NCBI GenBank assembly: GCA_000165425.1
Contig: CT868008.1
Span: 434,001 to 498,000 of the forward strand
Direction: 5' to 3'
Source: Paramecium tetraurelia
Lineage: Eukaryota
Length of the DNA: 64,000 bases
This document shows, in pieces, positions 55,908 to 64,000 of this stretch; the stretch's first letter is position 1, and each line of letters opens with the position of its first letter. Under the pieces are notes generated by a model. It had not been told where the DNA came from. It worked only from the letters and a program-made list of their open reading frames with translations, and searched no databases. Made by a program: the position numbers and the translations under genes.

Positions 55908-55935
55908 ATAAACTTTATATTTATTATTTAATGAA

Positions 55936-57615
55936 TCAACCCTCATAGTATGGCTATGCATACCCACCCAAAGTGCTTCTCTTCCATGATCTATTGTAAT
56001 GAGCAACAGCATCTAACAAGTGAGTTGGTCCCCATACGACAACAGAAATGTCCTATTATATATAAAAACGATATGATTACCTTATCCCAGAAGTGTCTAG
56101 TAGCAACTCTAGTTAAATGACCAGCATCAAGAGCAGAGATTCTTCGAGCAAATTCACTTCTTGGTACTCTTCTTCCCCAATAGCTAAATCTTACTGGAAT
56201 ATAGATACAAGACTTATTAAGCAATTTCTCTTGATTATTTGGCTGAACTTTCTTAACTCAATAATTCATTAAACACCTTAGCTCTGGCTCTGAAAACTTC
56301 TACTTAGCCTACAGATGAAGCATAATCAGATAAAACCATTTGACTGATATATGCCATTTATGTTGCAAAGACTTCATTACCAATCAAGTAATTTCCAAAA
56401 AGACCAGTGTCTGAATATGCATAATAAGCGCATCTTTAGTATGTAACATCTGGTAATCCACCAAGGAGTGAATGCATTGTGTTATATTATCTGCTTGGAG
56501 AATTCAAATGGAATCCTGTGTGTTTGTCAGCTCTATAATCACCAATAAGTCTTTAGAAATAATGGAGAGCAAAAACATCTGGGTGATTCCATCCTGGAGC
56601 ATCGAAGAAAACACCAACATTCAAATTAGTTAATTCGTCGTCTTTCATTAACTACACTATTAATAAAATGTTAATACCATAATGGATGGGGTGGCATATG
56701 GCTTTTCTGAATTTGGGACTTCAGTTGGAACAGATGTACCCAATCCCTTGAATGCCTTGTTGACTGCAGAAACCAAATCTTCATGATTAACATTACCAGC
56801 AGCTGAGACAATTACGTTGGGTGCAACAAAATTGGCTTTGTGGAATTATCTTATTTATTCTTCAGTAACATTTGGAATATTATCTCTAATTCCTGCTGCT
56901 GGTTAACCAAGATAATGATCTCTATAATTTGTATAATGAGCAGCTTCAGCTACAACTCTGTATTAATCATTGATGCTAACTGATTCTCTATAAATTCCTT
57001 CTCTTTCTGCTTCAATTTAAGCTGGTGAATATAATGAATTTGTCAAAATGTCTCCTAAAAAGCTTACTGCTCTCTCGAGTTCTGATGGCAAAAAGGTGAG
57101 AGTGTAAGTCTATAATTCTCTTCCTTATTTAACTTTCAATGCTCCTCCCAAGTAATCAATTTCGGCTTCAACCTATTCTCTTGATTTAGTTGTTGTGCCC
57201 TAATATAAATATTTTATTCATACTCTTAAGTTTAATTTTGAGATGAAATTTGAAACACCTGAGCTTTCTAAAGTTTCAAATCTTGATCCTGCTTTCACAG
57301 CTACTGTAATTGAAGCTAATGGGGAATTGTATTATTCTGAGACTACTCTAAGACCAGTGTCCAATTAAGTTAAAGCTAATGTTATGATATTTAATACATA
57401 CCTTGTGGTCTGTCATATTTTAAGGCTTCAGGAATTTCACCTGTTGGTAATTCTCCAAAATCCACTAATGCTGACTTGGAGAATTGTAATTAGTAGTTTC
57501 TTTCAACGTTACCTTATTTGGTTGATGTTGCAGGGGTTTTCTTTCCTGAGACGCTCTCAGCTGTGCAAAATTAAGCCAATTTACGAAGAGAATGAAATCT
57601 ATTCCTCAAAAACAT
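55936..57615 (-). CDS. Complex III core protein 1 / MPP-beta-like M16 protein, catalytically degenerate
   Basis: LDTGLRVVSE, AGSRFE, GVSNFISKLNLRGT (in place of G.AHFLEHM.FKGT), YSDTGLFG and GRRVPRSE. Confidence 0.9.
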
Positions 57616-57814
57616 ATCTGAATTAATTTATTTATATTTAAAATTGGATTGCCTTTAAACCTAATTTAGAAATCTGTTTTGCATATGTTTTCGACTTTGA
57701 CTTTTTGAATATATAACACTGGTTTTAGCGTAAAAAAGAAACTATCCATATCATATGTATAATGATAATTGCGTTTTTAATTAGAGTTCTATGATTTTTT
57801 TTTAATCAATAATT

Positions 57815-59785
57815 TCATTATTACTCTGATTTCGTGAGTTGATCTTCTTTTTCTTTTTGGGAATCTATAAGCATCTCAATTTATCTATCAATGCTGATTT
57901 CTGGTGGAGCCTCTTACATGTGTGTTTTTGGATCGACATCACATAAATAAGTCTGTTCAATCTTTTATAACCTTTACAAAGCCTCGATAATCTAACCATG
58001 CTCTAATTATCATATTGATTATTACACTCCTATAATAACGAATTCATCTTTTTGCTCGTTGTTTGCTTCTACAATATCTTGTACCCTACAGTTTTTAAAA
58101 ATCCACTATATCCGTGGCTGCATTTGGATCTAAAGCTGGAATTGTTTGGTTAATCAATTAAGTTCTTTTTGATTTGATTCAAGATGTCGGTCTCCTTTAG
58201 AATTCTTTGACAATATTTTTCATCTTAGATTCTGGATTTTATGATTGAAGTCACATAGATTTGGAGTTAATTATTCCATTGATACTTAATGGCATACTCT
58301 ATTAAACTCTAATATAATTGAGCTTAGAACATTGACTCAAATAAGAGTGGGTTATTTAATCTAGTCTATTGAATTAGATTACTTATCGCAAACATCGAGA
58401 GCTTAAACAAGACACAAGTTCTTGAGTCCAAAGGTTTCTTCATCTTAAAAATTTGAGATAATGAGGGGACTTATTTATTAGATTACCTGCAGTAAATCAG
58501 AAGTCTTCTAATCTAGATACATGATGATTTAATTACCTTGTAAGGAGTTTACTTAAATAAATAATAGGATTTTGGAGAACACCTTATAGACAGTAAGCAC
58601 CCCAGTTTTTTTCTATCATTATTGATTGCACTTACAGCTATTTTAAAGAAGTAATATGGTTTTAAAACAATATCAAATAGTTCTCTCAAGGACTCATACA
58701 ACTTTTACTGAATTCCTTACTCCAAAAGCAAATCAAATATTTAAGTGATGTCTGCGACCATCTATGAGGGATAATCGTATAATCTTTACTGTAATGTTAT
58801 CAGAAAACTTATCCATTTGGTGTATCATCTCTTCCAAAAGCTGTTTTCTATAATTCTTCTATGCTTATGTTTAATGAGTACATAACATTTTTGGTTGATG
58901 TATACATTGTCATTAATTTTGTAATCTAAAATTAATAGTTTAACCACAATTTCTACAATTTAATAATGGTTGATGTGCTGGAGCAAATCACTTATGATGT
59001 TGCTGTTGACAACGATGTGATCCCAAAACTAAAAAGATGTAGTATTTAGTATTACTTCTCCTCCATATTTACTAGCTACAGGTTTTAAAATCTAAGCATA
59101 ATACCCCATTGATGTATCATTTATGTTTGGAGACTCTAGGTATTTGAAAAATGCATTTAAGATGTTCAATCTCACATTCTCATTCAGATGCATTCCTGAC
59201 TTGGATTTGAAGGATGCACACTAGACTATGATTATTGACATATACTAACTTGACGTTCCAGATATTCCTCCCCCATTAAAATCTTCTTCCTCTTTGCATT
59301 GATCTTCGTGGTGCATCTAATATTCTGGCAATATATCATCTTCGATAGTAGTCTAATTTAGATTCTCATTAAAACCAATCTTTCATTGCTCAATAACGAG
59401 GATTAGGATTCGTTTCGATGTCTCAGGAATAACAAATCAAACAATCTTGTGTTTTCCAAACTGAAGATCCCGCTTATTATATATGGAAATTTTCGACTTT
59501 TCTCATTATCTTCCATCTGCTCATTTGTGACAATAATATAGTGAATCATCTTTTCTAAATTCTCAGGTTGTCTCCAAACACTTATATCAATACTCTTTAT
59601 TACAATTCAGTAAAAGCATTCATAGCTCCAGCTTTGATGTCAAATAGGAAATTGTCTCTCTCCAACAACTCTTCCAAAGTGGGGTTATTATTTTTTAAAA
59701 TGTTTTCCAATTCTTGAGATTAACCAAATGTTTAAAATTATGAGTACACACTACTTGATACACCAAATTTATACCCGAAGCTCAT
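57815..59785 (-). CDS. SAPS-domain protein (SIT4/PP6 regulatory subunit-like)
   Basis: ELENILKNNNPTLEELLERDNFLFDIK...LEKMIHYII...KFPYIISGIFS; later NLTSVSYVNNHSLVCI and LGLKNLCLV blocks. Confidence 0.82.
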
Positions 59786-60212
59786 ATATGTTTATAATTA
59801 ATTTTATAAATATTTTAAGACAAATATTAGAATTTTATTTCAGAATTTTAAAAGAATATTTTCAGTCTATTTCTTGCAATCCACTTTATAAATTTTAAGA
59901 ATCTTAATTATTCTCGCTTAAGATGAATCAAAATATTTAAACATTTTATTAAATACCATTAAAAACAATAATGTAAATATAAAATTATTATCATTCAATG
60001 TTTCTAATATACTCAATATATTTATCTAATTGTTGTATTTGATTATCTTCAAACTTTATTTGATCCATATATTATTAACTCCCACAGTTGAGTTGTAGTA
60101 TTTGCCTTACTATTTTTATATCAATGTTGAGACATATTTGCTTTTGTTTTTAAAGAATTATTAATAACCCTTTAATTGAAATTAATTTAAAAATACAAAT
60201 TTCAATACAAGA

Positions 60213-61785
60213 ATGCCTAAACAATTGATAAAATCTAAAAATCCGCATAATTAATTTATTCTAGATCACATTGTCGAATTGAAGAATAGATGCCTCAGAA
60301 CAGGTTAAGATAAATTAGCTTTCATTTACTAAAAGATCATACAATCACTTCAAAAATATCCCATGCCTCTATTATGCGAAGACTAAGTGTAAATGTTGTA
60401 AGGCGTAGGAGATAAAACATCTGTGATGATTTTGCAATTGATAAAAAAGTAATATCAACAATATGAGATCCCTTTTCATAAATTTAATGAAGCTCTAATA
60501 TAAGATAATTTAGATGTGATTAACGAACAAGAGGACGATATTGATTAGATCTATTCAGAAAGTTGTCCACCATCAATGGTATATAATGATGACACTTCAA
60601 AAAGAAAGGATAAATAATTTTAGGCATCATTCATCGAAGAACTTCGAAAATAAGTCATCAAACCCATACCTGAGGTACAATCAAAAAGCAAGAGATAATA
60701 TCAACCTGGAAAGGGTTCTAAAAGTGGATAAGTGTTAATGAGTTTGTATAAGTTTTAAAAAAGTGAGAACAAACTTTTTGCTTCAAAAAAGTAAATAAAA
60801 GAACAATTAAGAGAGTATATTTATCATTAATTTAGTATTTGTAACACTGAGTTATCTAGTTGGAATGCTATTGAGACATTAGAGAAGCATTAATTAATTT
60901 AAAAGTAAATAGATAACATTAATCAGAACTGTCCTAGACAACGAAATTAAATATGCTTTAACTGAGGATGGCATTAAATTAGGATAGCAATATTTCACAG
61001 AAACTATGATCTAACAATAAATGACTGTACCCTCAGAAAGACCATCAAAGATTATATTATTGATTGATAATCGAGAGAGATTTTAGAGTAACAACAGGTA
61101 GATAATCTTCGAAAAGCTTACTAACATATACCAAATAGAGTGCAGATTAAGTTAATTGCCCATTGGAGATTTTATGTGGATATGCTAAAAAGGGGATGAT
61201 GAATACATATGTGACTATATCATTGAAAGAAAAACCATTCAAGATTTAGCTCACAGTATTCTCGACAAAAGATACTAGGCTTAAAAACATAAGTTGAAGC
61301 ATTGTGGAATCAATAATAGATTTTATTTAGTTGAAAATTCATCATCATCCAATTTGCCAGTGCCAAGAGCTACTATTGACAAAGCAATTAGGAATACTTA
61401 AATTAAGGATGGGTTTTTTATTTAGCAAACTGAAACATTAGAAGACTCCTTAAGATGGCTAGCTTTATTTACTAAAACTGTTAAAGTGTTACCAAATGCA
61501 ATCAAATTTTCAGAATTTATGTACAATAATTCAAAGAAGGCAGAGTCACTTTTTAATTTATGGGGAAGTATGCTTAGAGGTATACATGGAGTGGGATTAG
61601 AATCTGCAAAAGCTATAGCATGTGTTTGGAAGACTCCTATTGAATTCTATGATGCAATAAATCAAGACGAAAATAAAAGCTTATAATAATTAATTGAAGA
61701 AAATTCGATTAAATAAAGATCCATACCTAGTCACATATTAAGATAAGTTGAGATTTTATTCTAAAAAGAGCACTACCCTAATTGA
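60213..61785 (+). CDS. MUS81: Structure-specific endonuclease MUS81
   Basis: N-terminal HhH (SLQKYPMPL...LQGVGDK), winged-helix-like SSWNAIETLEKH, ERCC4 IILLIDNRE, LPIGDFMW and ERKTIQDLAHSILDKRY, C-terminal IHGVGLESA. Confidence 0.92.
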
Positions 61786-62097
61786 TTTAATTCATTTCAA
61801 TTTATTAGACTTAATTCTAATTCTATATCTTTAATAAAAGTTAACTCTATATTTTGTATAAATTATTGGAACTAAGTATTTAATAATATTAAATATTGCA
61901 ATAACTTTGATAATTTTTGAAATTTTTGTCTTATTATATTTATGATTCTGGAAAGTCTTTGAAATTTTTAGATTTTATTATTTTGATTGATGAGTCTTGT
62001 TAGATAACTAATATAAATGCATTGTTTTAAATATTCTTAACGATGTTTTTAGCTAGAGATTTCTGATTAATAACATAAATTCAATTAAAATTTAATT

Positions 62098-63533
62098 ATG
62101 AATAATGAATCTCACCAAATGAAATCGCCCATCATTTAAAGAAAAGTAGTGTTCTTATTAAATGAAGAGTTCTGAGTACGAACCTCAACGTATTCTTGTA
62201 GGTGTTACGGGAGGATCAGCCGCTGGCAAAACTACTCTTTGCGAAACAATCAAAAGGGAAATCCAATATGATTCTGATGTAGATATGACTATTCTTTCTT
62301 GCGATTCCTTTTACAAAGGAGTGGATAAATCATTCTATGACATTTCTTAATATAACTTTGATCATCCAGACTCATTGGATTTTGATAATGCCTTTGAAGT
62401 CATTTCCACATTGCTTTCAGGAAGACCTGCTTCAGTACCAATTTATTGTTTTGTTAATCATAAAAGATTAGATCAATGTTCGATAATGCTGCCTGCTCAA
62501 GTTATAGTCTTCGAGGGTATTATGGCACTTTATGATGAAAGAATAAGAGATTTGATGTCTTATAAAATATTTATTCATTGTGATGGTATTTATTAATTTA
62601 AATAAAGATGATATTCGTTTATGCCGTCGTATACTAAGAGATGTCAAAGAAAGACAAAGAACTGTTGAAAGTGTGCTTTTTTAGTATACCAAATTCGTGA
62701 AAAGAGCATTTGAGAATTTCATCGAGCCTTTGATGAGTTAAGCAGATTTAATTATACCTGGTCACAGATCAAACCATGTTTCTGTTGCATTCATAGTAAA
62801 CCATTTGAAAAACATGGCAAAGTAAAATGGATTACTTAGAGAGAAATTAAATACTCTTATCTATTTCGGCGATTTATTATATTCAATTGATGGGTTCATG
62901 AGAAATAGAACTAAAGTAGACTTTTCAAATCCAAATGCTACATTCAAATAATTATTCTTTCCTGAAGAAAATACAAAACCAGATTTTCTTTATATTACAC
63001 AGAATTTTGTAGCTGGTAAACTGGTCAATTAAAAATAGATATATAAAGTCATAAAGTAATGCTTTAAAAATACTTTACTTATGCTTGAAAAATGCTTACA
63101 GTAAGATAAATACGAAATCGATTAATTGTAATGTGTTCATCTTGATGAAATTCTATCAAGCAAATTTTAAGTTAAAGAGAACACTCAATTCATAGTATTG
63201 GCCATTCCAATATTATTTAAGAGTGGATTAAAAAAATTGCATTAAATTGAAGAAAAGATTAAATAGTATTAAGATGTATGATTCCTCATATTAATTTAGG
63301 TATAATTAATTGTTGTGAATGTATTTTCTGATATCAAGACCATTACAGATATAAATTGGACTTTTAAAAAATTGAGAATATATGTTAATGCATTTTTAGT
63401 TGGTAAGTTGGATAAGTTCTTTTCAATTATGAATGTATCCTCTTAATCTGAACCAGAATCGTATTATAAGCAAGATAAATTCTTTTAGAAGTTGAAGAGA
63501 TTTATAGAAAAAAGGTAAACAAAAAAGAATTGA
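62098..63533 (+). CDS. Uridine/cytidine kinase with degenerate UPRT-like C-terminal domain
   Basis: GVTGGSAAGKTT, SCDSFYK, YNFDHPDSLDF, FEGIMAL, RLCRRILRDVKER and ADLIIP; three short introns. Confidence 0.9.
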
Positions 63534-64000
63534 ATGTTGATATATGTATATAATTATATTGTATATAAATTTAATTCTAGCATTCATGGTGTATATAAAT
63601 GAATGCTAAAATTGAAAATAAAAACCTAGTATCACTTTATTGCAATCTGAATAATTAAAATAATATTAATTTGAGTATGTTTATAAATAAATTAATTTTA
63701 AATTAATTTGTTATTTATGATAAGGGGTTTTATGATCGAAACATGAATCACTAACTTTCATATCTTCAATTTTATTAGTTTCTGTTTAAGGATAAATAGC
63801 GAAATGTAATAATTATTAATTTCGATTAATCGATGTAATCTAAGATATGCCGTATTATTATTCTATTATTTTTTATCCATTCTTTTTTATATTAATTGTA
63901 CCTATAATGGGATTTTCAAATTTTGCAAGGCTTATAGATAAAGAAATATTATTTTTTTTAAAACCCAGCTTTCCACTACATTAATTGATATCAACAATTA

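Overview
AT-rich ciliate macronuclear DNA, almost certainly Paramecium (probably the aurelia complex; species is inferred). TAA/TAG read as Gln, TGA is the only stop, genes are densely packed, and introns are 20-31 nt GT...AG. The supplied standard-code ORF track is therefore fragmented, and all gene models here were re-read by eye with genetic code 6. About 35 protein genes are present: Kelch protein (partial), HPt-like CaaX protein, PP2A B56, DUF2804-like, mini-antigen, Myb, RPLP2, UAP56-like helicase, two trichocyst matrix-type precursors, six mitochondrial respiratory-chain or inner-membrane genes (carrier-like, small 2-TM, ferredoxin/NDUFX-like, NDUFA6, NDUFS1, Core1), CAMK, WEE1 and CK1 kinases, NOP58, TFIIB-like, USP, RPL13, NAC-alpha, cyclin, TAF2-like, SAPS/PP6R, MUS81 and uridine kinase. 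There are also several decaying pseudogenes. No tRNA, rRNA, transposon, CRISPR array or telomere tract was recognised. Best leads: a pseudo-HPt with His->Phe and a CaaX box, an intergenic two-hairpin H/ACA-like RNA and two other G-U-rich hairpin elements, several pseudo-enzymes, stopless 3n introns (one inside a kinase catalytic loop), and clustered +1 homopolymer insertions that are most likely assembly errors. I could not demonstrate a wholly new multi-gene system.
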